A stretch of 64,000 nucleotides of DNA from Prochloraceae cyanobacterium (GCA_030065755.1 JASJDA010000030.1:7724-71723), one strand, 5' to 3'; positions 17,231 to 28,686 are shown, counted from the stretch's first letter. Program-made: numbers and translations. Notes: generated by a model from the letters alone, not told the origin.

Positions 17231-18781
17231 TTGGTACACCAACCTAGGCGGTCAATCAGCAAAATATCTTTTGGCTATCAGCACAAGTATAAAAATACTT
17301 GTGCTGAAAACTCGCAACAAAATAGTTCAAATAACTATAAAAATATATCTTTTGACGATCGCACTTACAGTTACCAAAATATAGATACACCCTCTAATAC
17401 TGTTAGTTCTCCCGTTTTATTCCCTGTAAATAAACCTGCATCAATTACCAATAGTCCTCTCAACCTACAAGACGATTTATTTAGCTCGTTTACAAGTAAC
17501 GAACACGTGGGAGCGACTTCAATACCAGAAGCAAAAACAGTCAAAAATGAGGTTATATTTGACAATAAAATAGTTGTAGATTCCCAAGAAAATGTTTTTA
17601 GCGAACGACAAATATTAAAAGCTCCTCAAAATAAAATCCCAGAACAAAACACTAACTCTAACCCTGTAAAATCGAAATCTACACCAGAAAAATCTGTCCC
17701 TCAAAATAAAATTATCAGAACTACTAGTCTGAGGAAAGAAACTTCCTCCAATAGTTCGCCCCAAGGAATAAATCAGTTATTTTGGTACGTAATTCGCCTG
17801 TTGATTTTAGGAGTTGGAGTAGGAACGATCGCTGGGACTGTCTTATCTAACCTCGACTATACTAAACTACTTATAACCAAAGTCGATCGGGAGGAAACTC
17901 AACCGAAAAAGAGCGAAAATATTCTTGAAAAAACTCAAAAAAAACCTCTTCCCCCACCTTTAGTACTAACAAAAGAACTTACTTCTCTCAAAGATAAATT
18001 GCGAGTTGTAGCTGCTAAATATCCTAAGTTACAACCAGGAATATTTCTTGTCGATCTAGATAATGGTGCTTACGCAGATATAGAAGCAGATACCGCATTT
18101 TCTGCTGCTAGTACCATTAAAATTCCTGTTTTAGTTGCCTTTTTTGAGAATGTAGATGCAGGAAAAATTCATCTCGACGAAAAGTTAACCATGACCAAAG
18201 AGACGATCGGTAAAGGTTCGGGTTCCATGCAATATCAAAAAATAGGAACTAAATTTAGCGCTCTCGAAACGGCAACTAAAACGATCGTCATCAGCGATAA
18301 TACTGGTACTAATATGCTGATCGATCGTCTTGGGGGTGCTGAAGCATTAAATAAGCGCTTTCAGGATTGGGGCCTAAAATCAACCGTTATTCGCAATCCT
18401 CTCCCAGATTTAAAAGGAACCAATACTACTAGCCCCAAAGATTTAGCCTATCTCCTAGCTAGAGTCGAACGAGGGGAATTACTCTCCTTGCGATCGCGCG
18501 ATCGTCTCCTCGGTATTATGAGAAGAACTCGCACTAAAACTCTCCTACCCAGAGGCTTGGAAAGAGGAGCGATTATTGCTCACAAAACTGGCGATATTGG
18601 TTCTGTACTTGGGGATGCTGGTGTCATAGATATGCCAAGCGGTAAGCGCTATATTGCTGCTGTAATAGTTAAACGTCCCCACAACGATTACACGACTAGA
18701 ACCCTAATACAACAGATGTCTAGAACCGCTTATCAACATTTTAAGTGGTACGACAAGCCTGCTTCTCCAGACAAAAAATGA
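17231..18781 (+). CDS. membrane-anchored serine hydrolase, class A beta-lactamase-related
   Basis: 516 aa. Low-complexity N-terminal region, one TM helix, then SxxK (ASTIKIPV), SDN (VISDNTGTN) and KTG (HKTGDIG) motifs. The start codon is TTG in the ORF track, so the true start is uncertain. Confidence 0.8.
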   Translation: MVHQPRRSISKISFGYQHKYKNTCAENSQQNSSNNYKNISFDDRTYSYQNIDTPSNTVSSPVLFPVNKPASITNSPLNLQDDLFSSFTSNEHVGATSIPEAKTVKNEVIFDNKIVVDSQENVFSERQILKAPQNKIPEQNTNSNPVKSKSTPEKSVPQNKIIRTTSLRKETSSNSSPQGINQLFWYVIRLLILGVGVGTIAGTVLSNLDYTKLLITKVDREETQPKKSENILEKTQKKPLPPPLVLTKELTSLKDKLRVVAAKYPKLQPGIFLVDLDNGAYADIEADTAFSAASTIKIPVLVAFFENVDAGKIHLDEKLTMTKETIGKGSGSMQYQKIGTKFSALETATKTIVISDNTGTNMLIDRLGGAEALNKRFQDWGLKSTVIRNPLPDLKGTNTTSPKDLAYLLARVERGELLSLRSRDRLLGIMRRTRTKTLLPRGLERGAIIAHKTGDIGSVLGDAGVIDMPSGKRYIAAVIVKRPHNDYTTRTLIQQMSRTAYQHFKWYDKPASPDKK

Positions 18782-18790
18782 AGTCCCTTT

Positions 18791-18841
18791 TGTGGAAAAC
18801 TTGCCGAAATTTGTGGAAAAAGCCACTTTGTCTGTGGAAAA
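18791..18841. repeat. three TGTGGAAAA direct repeats spaced exactly 21 bp apart
   Basis: Copies at 18791-18799, 18812-18820 and 18833-18841. They sit in the 63-bp spacer between two convergent genes. Confidence 0.85.
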
Positions 18842-18844
18842 ACT

Positions 18845-19786
18845 TCAAGACGAGCGAGAGTTTTTTGCTGGGAAGCTAATGAGATCGGAGCTATAATCTG
18901 GCGGTTCGATGTGAATTAACACCCTGATCGGACTGAATTTTTGCTTCAGACGGGCTTCTATTTCCTCAGTAATTTTGTGAGCAGTTTGTACTTCACTTGT
19001 TGCTACAACTACGTGCATTTCCACAAAAACTTGCCTTCCTAACAAACCGCGAGAAGCAATCTCGTGACAGTTAATTACTCCTGGTACTTCTATGACAATT
19101 TTATGAATTGCTTCAGGAGCGATCGCCATTTCATCTACTAACCAGGGTAAATTACTTTTGAGAACCGTCCAGCCACTTCTAAAGACTATAAAAGCTACTG
19201 GAAAAGCCAGGAGCCCGTCAAGCAACTCAAGTTGAGGTAAATTTAACTCTTGTGCTTGCCAAACACCAATTAAACCAGCCAGTACCGTAATTGTTACCCA
19301 AACATCACTCATAGTATGGTGAGCGTCAGCAATGAGAATGGCGCTGCCAAGACGTTGACCCACTCGACGCTCGTAAAAAGCGACAAAAATATTTATCCCC
19401 AAAACAATTAACAGCAGCCACAAATGGGGCTGAGAAATTTCCACCGAAGTGCTCCCGCGAACAAACCTTTCTATTGCTCCTTGGATAATTTCAAAGCAAG
19501 CAATACCCAGAAAGGCAGCAATTCCCAATGCACCTACAGCTTCATATTTTTGATGTCCGTAGGGATGTTCGCGATCGGGTTCAGGAGAAGAATACTGGCT
19601 AGCAACCAAACCCAAAACGTTGTTAGCACTATCTGTAAAACTATGCAAGGCATCAGCTTGTAAACTCAAAGAACCCGTAATCAATCCCACCACTGCTTTC
19701 AATCCCATTACTAATAGATTGAGTAGCAGCGTAAAAATCAAAACTTTACGAACCTTAGAGCGGTTGTCCTGTACCACAGAAGCCAC
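18845..19786 (-). CDS. cation diffusion facilitator (CDF) family metal efflux transporter
   Basis: 313 aa. Six TM helices with HxxxD-type metal sites (ADALHSFTD, ADAHHTMSD) and a C-terminal cytoplasmic domain. Confidence 0.9.
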   Translation of the reverse strand: MASVVQDNRSKVRKVLIFTLLLNLLVMGLKAVVGLITGSLSLQADALHSFTDSANNVLGLVASQYSSPEPDREHPYGHQKYEAVGALGIAAFLGIACFEIIQGAIERFVRGSTSVEISQPHLWLLLIVLGINIFVAFYERRVGQRLGSAILIADAHHTMSDVWVTITVLAGLIGVWQAQELNLPQLELLDGLLAFPVAFIVFRSGWTVLKSNLPWLVDEMAIAPEAIHKIVIEVPGVINCHEIASRGLLGRQVFVEMHVVVATSEVQTAHKITEEIEARLKQKFSPIRVLIHIEPPDYSSDLISFPAKNSRSS

Positions 19787-19939
19787 TGGGTTAATTTATA
19801 ACTTTACTTCAGTAATCTACCTTAAGTTGTTGGGATCGATTTTAAGAAAACACTAATATCAATCTAATTTTATGTTAAATTTCTCTTAAAATCAGGTAAA
19901 ATTCTAATGCTACTTGGGTTTTATTAACAAATATCCTTC

Positions 19940-20281
19940 ATGCCTCAACTCAAGCTCAACCTCATTCAAGGATCTGTCAGCTTCAACTTTACCCCTGATG
20001 CGGCCATTGATTTACAAAAAGAGATTTCACAACTCTTGCAAAGTTTAAAAGCTGTTGCAGCAGCAGGTGGTAAAGGCAAACCTACTCCTCACAAGCCGAT
20101 GGAATATCGTCATGAGGGGGAAGTTTTTTTAGAAGTTTTTTGCAATCCTAATATTTATCCCAGTCCCTTTGCGGCTAAAGTTTTGTTAACTATTAAAGAC
20201 GATCGTCTGCGACTAACTGCCGAGGCTGAACTTACCCGCGTAATTGAAGACGTTAATGAGTATTTAGAGCAAGTCAGTTAA
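19940..20281 (+). CDS. hypothetical protein (113 aa)
   Basis: Clean ORF with normal composition and an ATG start. No family recognised. Confidence 0.55.
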   Translation: MPQLKLNLIQGSVSFNFTPDAAIDLQKEISQLLQSLKAVAAAGGKGKPTPHKPMEYRHEGEVFLEVFCNPNIYPSPFAAKVLLTIKDDRLRLTAEAELTRVIEDVNEYLEQVS

Positions 20282-20510
20282 TAAAATGCGATTAACTTGA
20301 GTTAAGGAACATAACAAGATAGGTCGTACTTCCAGACAATATCTTTTGCCGTACCTTTATTTGGATGATATTCTAGCCCGTTGGCGAACTCCTACCTAAA
20401 TTAAAAATTTTAGGTAGGGAGGTAGCTCAAAGTTTTTGTTCAAAATAATTATTTAATGGTACGGTATTCGTAAAATAACCTTAATGATTCCTGTTATTGT
20501 TTTTTTCTAA

Positions 20511-20762
20511 TTAGTCGTTATCCCACTTTTCCGAACCAATTAGGTCCCCAACGCGATCGCGCAGCAAATAACTGTATCTTTCTAGTTCGTGCTCCACGTG
20601 TACCCACTCTCTAGCAGGTATATAGCGACATAGACTATAGATTGGTTGTCGGCGGCTAATAGATCCTGTTTCCACCAGTTGGCGTACTTCATCTCGAATC
20701 ATGTCGATCGAGCAAAACTTAGGTGTTAGAGTTGGCAAAATATTGATACTCATGGAAATCAA
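20511..20762 (-). CDS. DUF4327-like small protein (paralog 1)
   Basis: 83 aa. RQPIYSLCRYIPAREWVHVEHELERYSYLLRDRVGDLIGSEKWDND. Clearly paralogous to the ORF at 21056..21298. Confidence 0.7.
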   Translation of the reverse strand: MISMSINILPTLTPKFCSIDMIRDEVRQLVETGSISRRQPIYSLCRYIPAREWVHVEHELERYSYLLRDRVGDLIGSEKWDND

Positions 20763-21055
20763 TCTTTAAATTTACGATCGTGAGTCTCAAGATTTATAGT
20801 AATCCAATTTTTTGTCCTAGAAACCAAAATAAAAACTCTGCCGTATAGAGGATTACAATCTTTGGAATTTTTTCTTATTTATTTTGGTTTTTATCTTTTT
20901 TTAAGTCTTTAACTCCAGCAATAGGTTAAAGAGCCCGTGTTTTACCTCAGGCTTTTCAGCTCAATCGCGCCTACTCAGTGAGTCATATTACCTTTTGTTG
21001 ATTAAATTCGCTCTAGTCGCTCGGGATTTATTATTATATACTTAGGCCAACCTAA

Positions 21056-21298
21056 TTAATCGTTATCCCATTGTTCTGACGCGATTAGATCGCCAATTTG
21101 ATCCCTTAGCAAGTACTCCCATTCTTCTAGTTCGCACTCAACGCAGACCCACTCGCGAGCAGGAATGTAGTGACAAAGTACGTAAATGGGTTGGTGGCGA
21201 CTGACAATACCTTTTTCTACTAGTTGACGAGCTTCGTCTTTAAGGGCATCGATAGAATAATTGATAGGAGGAGGCGAGGGCAATGTCTTGACACTCAT
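21056..21298 (-). CDS. DUF4327-like small protein (paralog 2)
   Basis: 80 aa. HQPIYVLCHYIPAREWVCVECELEEWEYLLRDQIGDLIASEQWDND. Confidence 0.7.
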   Translation of the reverse strand: MSVKTLPSPPPINYSIDALKDEARQLVEKGIVSRHQPIYVLCHYIPAREWVCVECELEEWEYLLRDQIGDLIASEQWDND

Positions 21299-21431
21299 GA
21301 ATATTCACCTGAAAAATAACTCTCTATAAATACTATAGTTCAAGAATTGAGAGAAAAACACTAATAGTGCTGTATATTTAATTACATTTTTTTTAAATCT
21401 TCAAATACCCCGCAGAAAGGGCAATCCAGAC

Positions 21432-23057
21432 TTACAAAAAATTTTCCGATCGAATTTCGATCTGACTTGACAAACCGAATAAAAGTTCGCAAGCACTTTT
21501 TTGGGCTGCTGGCATCTGTCCGTAAGAAAACACCCAAGGCAAGGTAATTTTCTCTGTAAGCCACTCCTGTACGTAAGGACTGCCGTAGATAGCCAGACCA
21601 CAGAGAGAGCTATTTTTCTTCAATAATAGCTCAAGCCAATTTTTTGCTGCAGGTGTTAAGCTGGCGCTACCTCGGAAGGGATTGCCCCGAATAAAAATTT
21701 GTAACAAAGTTATTGAAAGCTCTTCTGGGTTAAGAAGTGTCAAAGTTTTGGCATCGACCAGTTGTGTTTCGCAGCCGAGTTTTTCAGGAATCGCCACTGC
21801 AGGTGTATGCCAAGCCAGAAAATCGCTACAATTGAGGGCCTCGTCTACCAAAATTAAATTTTTTCCCCCACTGGGAGGAGATTCGATCGGCAGACAGCCT
21901 CCTATTTTCATAGATTTTTGCGAGATAACATCAGCAGTTTGGATAGCGATCGCTCGATCTAATTGAGAGAGAGACTGTAGGGCGTAGTTTATTGTCTTCG
22001 ACTCTTCTGGGAATTGAAAAACCTTTTGCTTTGCTTTCCAAATACGCTCCACAGAAGCGTTAATTCTTTCATCGCTCAAACGTCCCGATCGCACCGCCCC
22101 TTCTATAGCTCCAATTGCCACTTCTGGATCTTGTGGCATTAATAAAATATCAGCACCAGCTTCAACTGCCATCACAGCTATTTCTTCTGGGGTTGCATAC
22201 TTTGCTGCTCCTGCCATAATCAAAGCATCAGTAACAATTAGACCAGAAAAACCCAACTGTTCTCGCAACTTACCTGTCAGAATAGGTTTTGATATTGTCG
22301 CAGGGCGATCGCCATCCCAATCAGGAATTATTAAGTGAGCGCTCATCACGCTATCTACCCCAGCAGCGATCGCCTTCTCAAAAGGAGGTAATTCTACTTC
22401 TGCCAGTCGGGAAGCCGAGTGAGACAATACGGGTAGTAAAATGTGAGAGTCTTCCGCCGTATCTCCGTGTCCTGGAAAATGTTTAGCAGTGGTTAAGACT
22501 GGGTATCGATCGGCTCCAGAGATAAAAGCAGCAGCTAAATTACCTACTACCTCTGGAGTATCTCCGAAGGAGCGAACGTTAATTACTGGATTATCGGGAT
22601 TATTATTTACATCGACTACAGGGGCGAGTATCCAATTAATACCAACCGCTAGAGCTTCGCTAGCAGTAACCACTCCCATTTGAACAGCACATTCTCTAGC
22701 CAGACTGGGATTTTTAGCAGCTATTTCCCCAAGTGCCATGGGAGGAGGAAACCAAGTAGCCCCTGCAAACCTGTGTCCTACACCTTCTTCTATATCAGCA
22801 GCAATTAGTAAAGGAATTTTTGACCAGCTTTGCAGTTGTTGAGTGCGAAAAAGCAATTCTGGGGCGCTACCTCCCAAGACAATTACCCCACCTAGGTTTA
22901 GCTCCTGCAACCAATATTTTAGTTTAGTCGCAGGTGGTTCCCAAGTAGGGTAGCGAATTTGGCGATCGAACAAATAACCAGAGGCGCGAACCACGATCGT
23001 TTGTCCGATCTTTTCTTTAAGGGATAAATCAGTCCAATTTGGTAGCAGATCGGCCAC
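21432..23057 (-). CDS. glycoside hydrolase family 3 protein (NagZ-like beta-N-acetylhexosaminidase with C-terminal extension)
   Basis: 541 aa. GH3 N-terminal domain motifs (KHFPGHGDT, SAHLIIP..., VTDAL). The C-terminal ~200 aa lie beyond the catalytic domain. Confidence 0.85.
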   Translation of the reverse strand: MADLLPNWTDLSLKEKIGQTIVVRASGYLFDRQIRYPTWEPPATKLKYWLQELNLGGVIVLGGSAPELLFRTQQLQSWSKIPLLIAADIEEGVGHRFAGATWFPPPMALGEIAAKNPSLARECAVQMGVVTASEALAVGINWILAPVVDVNNNPDNPVINVRSFGDTPEVVGNLAAAFISGADRYPVLTTAKHFPGHGDTAEDSHILLPVLSHSASRLAEVELPPFEKAIAAGVDSVMSAHLIIPDWDGDRPATISKPILTGKLREQLGFSGLIVTDALIMAGAAKYATPEEIAVMAVEAGADILLMPQDPEVAIGAIEGAVRSGRLSDERINASVERIWKAKQKVFQFPEESKTINYALQSLSQLDRAIAIQTADVISQKSMKIGGCLPIESPPSGGKNLILVDEALNCSDFLAWHTPAVAIPEKLGCETQLVDAKTLTLLNPEELSITLLQIFIRGNPFRGSASLTPAAKNWLELLLKKNSSLCGLAIYGSPYVQEWLTEKITLPWVFSYGQMPAAQKSACELLFGLSSQIEIRSENFL

Positions 23058-23085
23058 AGACTTTTTTATTGCTACAGTTTTCAGT

Positions 23086-23487
23086 TTAACCCGCGTCTTC
23101 GAGGTTTTCTATTATATCCTCATCTGATTCCTTGCGAGCCTCACTTAATTGATTCAATAAGTGTAAAGTGCGATCGCCTCTTTCTAAAGAGCGATCCTCA
23201 ATAAACACCACTTCTGGAGTTCTTCGCAATCTTACCCGATGACCGAGTTGCCGTCGAACATAGCTTGCAGAAGATTTTAAGCCCTCCATTGTTTCGGCTC
23301 TAGCTTCTTCTGTACCGTAGATGCTGACATATATTTTAGCGTGTTGCAAATCGCCAGATACATCTACAGCGGTTATGCTAACCATACCAGCACCAACTCG
23401 ATCGTCTTTGATTCCGTTGAGTAACATTTGGCTAATTTCGCGTTTTATTAATGAGCCAACGCGAGAAACTCGACGGTTAGTTGCCAT
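23086..23487 (-). CDS. rbfA: ribosome-binding factor A
   Basis: 133 aa. [37 protein letters not shown] pattern of RbfA with an acidic C-terminal tail. Confidence 0.9.
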   Translation of the reverse strand: MATNRRVSRVGSLIKREISQMLLNGIKDDRVGAGMVSITAVDVSGDLQHAKIYVSIYGTEEARAETMEGLKSSASYVRRQLGHRVRLRRTPEVVFIEDRSLERGDRTLHLLNQLSEARKESDEDIIENLEDAG

Positions 23488-23575
23488 GGTTTTCGCCCCC
23501 CAAAATCTCTACTATGGGCAATGAGTTAGTTTGTTCTGGTCTTATTTGTTGTTTTCCGATTCCCCATTCCTTAGC

Positions 23576-23788
23576 TTACACTGACGTTAATCCTAACATC
23601 GCCTGTAAAGTAAAGAAAATAAAAGCTATGGTACCTAGCAGAAGACCTATTAAAGCTATTAAAGTCACAGGATTTTGCAACAGAGGTTTGATTCTCTCGA
23701 ACAGAGCAAAGAATATACCCAGAGAGATAGTTATTAAAAAACCAGGGTAGCGGGAAACATTCTTCCAAAAATCTTGTTGTTTTTCCAT
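23576..23788 (-). CDS. DUF751/Ycf33-like small membrane protein
   Basis: 70 aa. The FWKNVSRYPGFLITISLGIFF start and two TM helices resemble the cyanobacterial/plastid Ycf33 family. Confidence 0.6.
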   Translation of the reverse strand: MEKQQDFWKNVSRYPGFLITISLGIFFALFERIKPLLQNPVTLIALIGLLLGTIAFIFFTLQAMLGLTSV

Positions 23789-23923
23789 CTTTCAGCCAAA
23801 ATTTTTACTCTCTTCACGAGAGTAACACGGGAGCGTGGAAGTTGCCTTTGTGAATAAGATGGAGGAAACGCGACAAGGGTAATAACTGATTTAATTTGTC
23901 TTTTTTCCACTCCCTCGTGTCAG

Positions 23924-25120
23924 TTAAGCAAGTTTTGCTTTTGCTTCTTTTTGCAACAAATTAATTATGGAAGCTTTTTCTAGCAGTCCCACAACTACAC
24001 CATCCTCTCGCACGACTGTAAATTCTTTAATTTCCTGCTTCTCAATTAACTTGACTACTTCTAAGAGCGAAATATTCGATTTAACAAGAGTATCTGTTGC
24101 TGCAGGTTGAGTTACATCTTTTACTGAGGTCTCCGTCCACTGAGAAGTCGGAACTTTTTTCATTTCCTCAACTGATATTGTTCCTAGTAATTGTCCTTCT
24201 CCATTGGTTACTAGAAACTTTCTCCATTTCTCCTTACCGATTATGTAATCGTTAGCCAATTCGCGCAGAGTTAAATTTGCAGCTACGATCGGGCTATCTG
24301 CAATTACCGCATCTTCAGCCGTATAGTTGCTTAGTTTGTCTTGTATTGTCGCTGACTGGGCAGAAAAACCAGCATTTTGCAACAAGAACCAACCAATTAT
24401 CGCTGTCCACAAGCTACCTACGGAACTAATTCCTAACGTACCCATCAAACCTATTACTACAGCTAACCAGCCAAAAAATTGACCGACTCGACTGGCAAAA
24501 ATAACTCCTTTGTTTGGATTGCCTGTAATTTGCCAAACTAAAGCTTTAAGAATATTGCCTCCATCTAGAGGTAAACCAGGAATCAGATTAAACAACGCTA
24601 AGAATAAATTAATCTGAGCCAGTAAGAAAATAATCTCGTCGGCAGGAGTTGGCAAGGCTATACTAGCATTGAGGGCCGTAAAGAAAGCGTATAACAGCAA
24701 ACTTACTGCTGGTCCGGCGATCGCTATATAAAAAGACCCAGCTGGTGTTTTTGACTCTTTCTCTAAGCTTGCCAAACCTCCAAAGATAAATAAACTAATA
24801 GATTTGACCTCAATTCCCTGGGCTATAGCAACGAAACTATGTCCTAATTCGTGAGCTAAAACTGAAGCAAATAACAAAATTGCGGCAACTAATCCCAAAA
24901 TCCAAGGGGTAATTCCTCCTATTTGTGGAAATTGAGCTAATTGACCGCCATAGATCAATGTTACCAATCCTAGGATGAAAAACCAGGAGGGATTTACATA
25001 AAATGGAATTCCAAATAAATTTCCTACGCGAATGTTGCCGTTCATATTAATTAATTGCTCGAAAAATCTTTCTTTTATGAATTCATTGTAACGAAGGGTA
25101 AAATCACTTTGTTCGCTCAA
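23924..25120 (-). CDS. site-2 protease family (M50) zinc metalloprotease with CBS domains
   Basis: 398 aa. HELGH zinc motif in a TM helix, second motif NLIPGLPLDGG, and a C-terminal CBS pair. Confidence 0.85.
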   Translation of the reverse strand: MSEQSDFTLRYNEFIKERFFEQLINMNGNIRVGNLFGIPFYVNPSWFFILGLVTLIYGGQLAQFPQIGGITPWILGLVAAILLFASVLAHELGHSFVAIAQGIEVKSISLFIFGGLASLEKESKTPAGSFYIAIAGPAVSLLLYAFFTALNASIALPTPADEIIFLLAQINLFLALFNLIPGLPLDGGNILKALVWQITGNPNKGVIFASRVGQFFGWLAVVIGLMGTLGISSVGSLWTAIIGWFLLQNAGFSAQSATIQDKLSNYTAEDAVIADSPIVAANLTLRELANDYIIGKEKWRKFLVTNGEGQLLGTISVEEMKKVPTSQWTETSVKDVTQPAATDTLVKSNISLLEVVKLIEKQEIKEFTVVREDGVVVGLLEKASIINLLQKEAKAKLA

Positions 25121-25227
25121 GAGGAGTAAAATCCGTCCCCAGAAGTTCGGTTCAAAATCATTTTATTTGGGCATAATATTATTATAGCTTTCGCATTATT
25201 AAAACATATTATTGTCAAAATTGAATC

Positions 25228-25731
25228 ATGTCGGCTTCTGAAATAGAACGTCCTGAGTCTTACAGTCAAGAAGACGTGCAGCAAATACTGCAATTGGCAA
25301 TGGTTTCTCGCCAAGTCACCAACGACGAAAAATTATCCAGACAACAACTGTTAGAAATAGCTGCGGAACTAGAAATAGATCCTCAATCTCTACAACTAGC
25401 AGAACAAGATTGGCTTACTGAAAGAACCTTAGAAAAAAAACGAGCAGCTTTCAATGCTTACCGAAGAGATAAATTAAAACAAAAAGGGATAAGATATATT
25501 ATCGTTAACAGTTTTTTAGTGACTTTGAACCTCATTGGCTCTGGCACTATTTCTTGGTCTCTATATATTTTGCTAATTTGGGGACTAGCACTGTCTCTAA
25601 CCACCTGGAAAACTCTTCAAACTCAAGGCGAAGCATACGATCGAGCTTTCGAACGCTGGAACTTCAACCAAGAGATGAAAACATCTGTGGTCAGCATTTG
25701 GGGCAAAATCAAAAAATCCTTGCAACTGTAA
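25228..25731 (+). CDS. 2TM-domain membrane protein
   Basis: 167 aa. Soluble acidic N-terminus followed by two closely spaced TM helices (IIVNSFLVTLNLIG...WSLYILLIWGLALSL), typical of the 2TM domain family. Confidence 0.5.
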   Translation: MSASEIERPESYSQEDVQQILQLAMVSRQVTNDEKLSRQQLLEIAAELEIDPQSLQLAEQDWLTERTLEKKRAAFNAYRRDKLKQKGIRYIIVNSFLVTLNLIGSGTISWSLYILLIWGLALSLTTWKTLQTQGEAYDRAFERWNFNQEMKTSVVSIWGKIKKSLQL

Positions 25732-25925
25732 CCAATACCTGGAGTTGATAAGAAGCCTACACGGGCAATATCTGATTCGTGTAGGAGTATGTCACCGAGA
25801 TAGAGATAATTCTAGCTAAGCCAGAGCATATTGCTATACTATCGAGGAGTGCTTTCGTAATATTTAAAACTAAAGCTTAATTGTTACTAAAACTACCCAA
25901 ATAAAGAGGTTATTATTTCTAGCTG

Positions 25926-28604
25926 ATGCAGCCAACAGACTCCAGCAAATTTACCGAACAAGCTTGGGACGCAATAGTTCAATCACAAGAAGTTGCCCGC
26001 CGCTTTAACAACCAAAATTTAGAGGTGGAACACCTAATATTGGTGTTACTCGAAGCAAGAGAAGGTCTAGCAACAAGGATTTTAGAGAAAGCCAATGTAG
26101 ATGTCTCTAGCTTAGAGCAACAGCTAGAATCATACACCGATCGACAGCCAAAATTAAGCAACGTAACTCAGCTATACCTCGGTCAAGGTTTAGATACTCT
26201 ATTGGATAAGGCGGAAAATGCCAGAGAAAATTGGCAAGACAAATATATCTCAATAGAACATCTATTACTGGCATTCGCAGAAGACGATCGCATCGGTAAG
26301 CGTTATCTGCGCAACCTCGATCTAGACTACCAAGAATTGGAAACAACAATTAAAGCAGTTAGAGGGACTCAAAAAGTAACCTCGCAAAACCAAGAAGAAC
26401 AATACGAAGCCCTAGAAAAATACGGGCGCGACCTCACAGAACAAGCTAAAATTGGCAAACTAGACCCAGTAATCGGACGAGATGAAGAAATTCGCCGCGT
26501 AGTTCAAGTATTGTCTCGCCGCTCGAAAAATAACCCAGTTTTAATAGGGGAACCAGGAGTAGGAAAAACAGCGATCGCAGAAGGTTTAGCCCAGCGCATT
26601 GTCAACGGTGACGTACCAGAATCACTCAAAAACCGCCAGTTAATCTCCCTCGATATGGGAAGTCTGATCGCAGGTGCCAAATATAGAGGCGATTTTGAAA
26701 AGCGCCTCAAAACCGTACTCGAAGAAGTAACCAAGTCTGAGGGACAAATCGTTCTATTTATCGACGAGTTGCACACGGTAGTCGGGACTGGTTCCAAAGA
26801 AAGCAGCATGGATGCAGCCAACTTACTAAAACCCATGTTAGCGCGAGGAGAATTGCGCTGTATTGGCGCTACAACCCTAGACGAATACCGCAAGCACATC
26901 GAAAAAGACGCAGCTCTAGAAAGACGATTTCAACAAGTTTACGTCAAACAGCCCAGCGTAGAAGATACTGTCTCGATTCTGAGGGGACTCAAAGAACGCT
27001 ATGAAGTCCACCACGGAGTTAAAATTACCGACTCAGCCCTAGTTGCTGCTGCTAATCTCTCCGATCGCTATATTACCGAACGATTTTTACCAGATAAAGC
27101 GATCGACCTCGTAGACGAAGCAGCAGCCAAACTGAAAATGGAAATAACTTCCAAACCAGTAGAATTAGAAGCAATCGATCGCCGTTTGATGCAGTTGCAA
27201 ATGGAAAAGCTCTCCATACAAGGAGAAGAAAAAAGCAGTAGAGCAGGTGTAGTGACGGTCGATCGCCTATCTCAAGAACGTTTGGAAAAAATTCAACAAG
27301 AAATAGATGAATTAGAAACAAAACAGCAAGAACTTTCTTCACAATGGCAAGGAGAAAAACAATTACTAGAAGAAATTAACGACCTCAAAGAAGAAGAAGA
27401 AAAATTGCGAATTAAAGTAGAAAAAGCCTTTCGAGATTACGATCAAAATGAAGCTTATCGGTTGAAATACGAGCAAGAAAAATTACACCACGATCGCGAA
27501 GCCAAAGAAACTACACTCATAGAATTACAATCTAAAGGCAACACCCTACTCAGAGAAGAAGTAACAGAAGCAGATATCGCCGAAATAGTCGCGGGTTGGA
27601 CGGGAATTCCAGTTAATAGGCTACTAGAATCAGAACGTCAAAAGCTACTACAACTAGAAGGACACCTGCATCAGAGAGTTATCGGTCAACAAGAAGCAGT
27701 TGCAGCAGTATCAGCAGCCATTCGTCGCGCTAGGGCTGGAATGAAAGACCCCTCCAGACCGATCGGTTCCTTCCTCTTCATGGGTCCAACAGGAGTAGGA
27801 AAAACAGAACTAGCCAGGGCGATCGCTCAATTTCTCTTCGACAGCGAAGATGCTATGACTCGCATCGATATGTCGGAATATATGGAAAAACACGCCGTCT
27901 CTAGGTTAGTAGGTGCCCCTCCTGGATACATTGGTTTTGAAGAAGGAGGACAGCTAACCGAAGCAATTCGCCGCCGTCCCTATTCAGTAGTATTGTTAGA
28001 CGAAGTAGAAAAAGCACACCCCGACGTATTTAACATTTTGTTGCAAGTACTTGACGACGGACGCATTACCGACTCTCAAGGCAGAACGGTAGACTTTCGC
28101 AACACGATCGTCATCATGACTAGCAATATCGGTAGCGAACACATACTAGAAATAGCTGGGGATGACTCCGACTACGAAGAAATGCGGAAAAGAGTCATGT
28201 TAGCACTGAGAAAACAGTTTCGTCCTGAATTTCTCAACCGCATCGACGATTTAATAATCTTCCATACCCTCAAGCGGGACGAATTGCGTCAAATTGTCAA
28301 TCTACAAATCAAACGAACCGAGAAGTTATTAGCAGAACAAAAAATATTAATAGAACTTTCGCAAAAAGCGCGGGATTATATAGTAAATGTAGGCTACGAT
28401 CCCAGTTATGGGGCGCGCCCTCTCAAACGAGCCATACAAAAAGAATTAGAAGACCCGATCGCTATTAAAATATTGGACAATAGTTTTGTAGGAGGAGATA
28501 CCATCTCAGTCGATTGCGTGGATAATACCTTGAAATTCTACAAAAAAGGCGCGATCGTCCAGTCAGAGGAAAAAAAATCTACTCCCTTAAAGCTTACTTT
28601 GTGA
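25926..28604 (+). CDS. clpB: ATP-dependent chaperone ClpB
   Basis: 892 aa. Two AAA+ modules (Walker A GEPGVGKT and GPTGVGKT) separated by a long coiled-coil middle domain. N-terminus [14 protein letters not shown]. Confidence 0.95.
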   Translation: MQPTDSSKFTEQAWDAIVQSQEVARRFNNQNLEVEHLILVLLEAREGLATRILEKANVDVSSLEQQLESYTDRQPKLSNVTQLYLGQGLDTLLDKAENARENWQDKYISIEHLLLAFAEDDRIGKRYLRNLDLDYQELETTIKAVRGTQKVTSQNQEEQYEALEKYGRDLTEQAKIGKLDPVIGRDEEIRRVVQVLSRRSKNNPVLIGEPGVGKTAIAEGLAQRIVNGDVPESLKNRQLISLDMGSLIAGAKYRGDFEKRLKTVLEEVTKSEGQIVLFIDELHTVVGTGSKESSMDAANLLKPMLARGELRCIGATTLDEYRKHIEKDAALERRFQQVYVKQPSVEDTVSILRGLKERYEVHHGVKITDSALVAAANLSDRYITERFLPDKAIDLVDEAAAKLKMEITSKPVELEAIDRRLMQLQMEKLSIQGEEKSSRAGVVTVDRLSQERLEKIQQEIDELETKQQELSSQWQGEKQLLEEINDLKEEEEKLRIKVEKAFRDYDQNEAYRLKYEQEKLHHDREAKETTLIELQSKGNTLLREEVTEADIAEIVAGWTGIPVNRLLESERQKLLQLEGHLHQRVIGQQEAVAAVSAAIRRARAGMKDPSRPIGSFLFMGPTGVGKTELARAIAQFLFDSEDAMTRIDMSEYMEKHAVSRLVGAPPGYIGFEEGGQLTEAIRRRPYSVVLLDEVEKAHPDVFNILLQVLDDGRITDSQGRTVDFRNTIVIMTSNIGSEHILEIAGDDSDYEEMRKRVMLALRKQFRPEFLNRIDDLIIFHTLKRDELRQIVNLQIKRTEKLLAEQKILIELSQKARDYIVNVGYDPSYGARPLKRAIQKELEDPIAIKILDNSFVGGDTISVDCVDNTLKFYKKGAIVQSEEKKSTPLKLTL

Positions 28605-28686
28605 CGAATTTTTAGAATTACGTCATCTTCAAATATTGAATAGTAAAATTAGAACTATAGCGATCGAAATCACTTAAAACTGTTCT

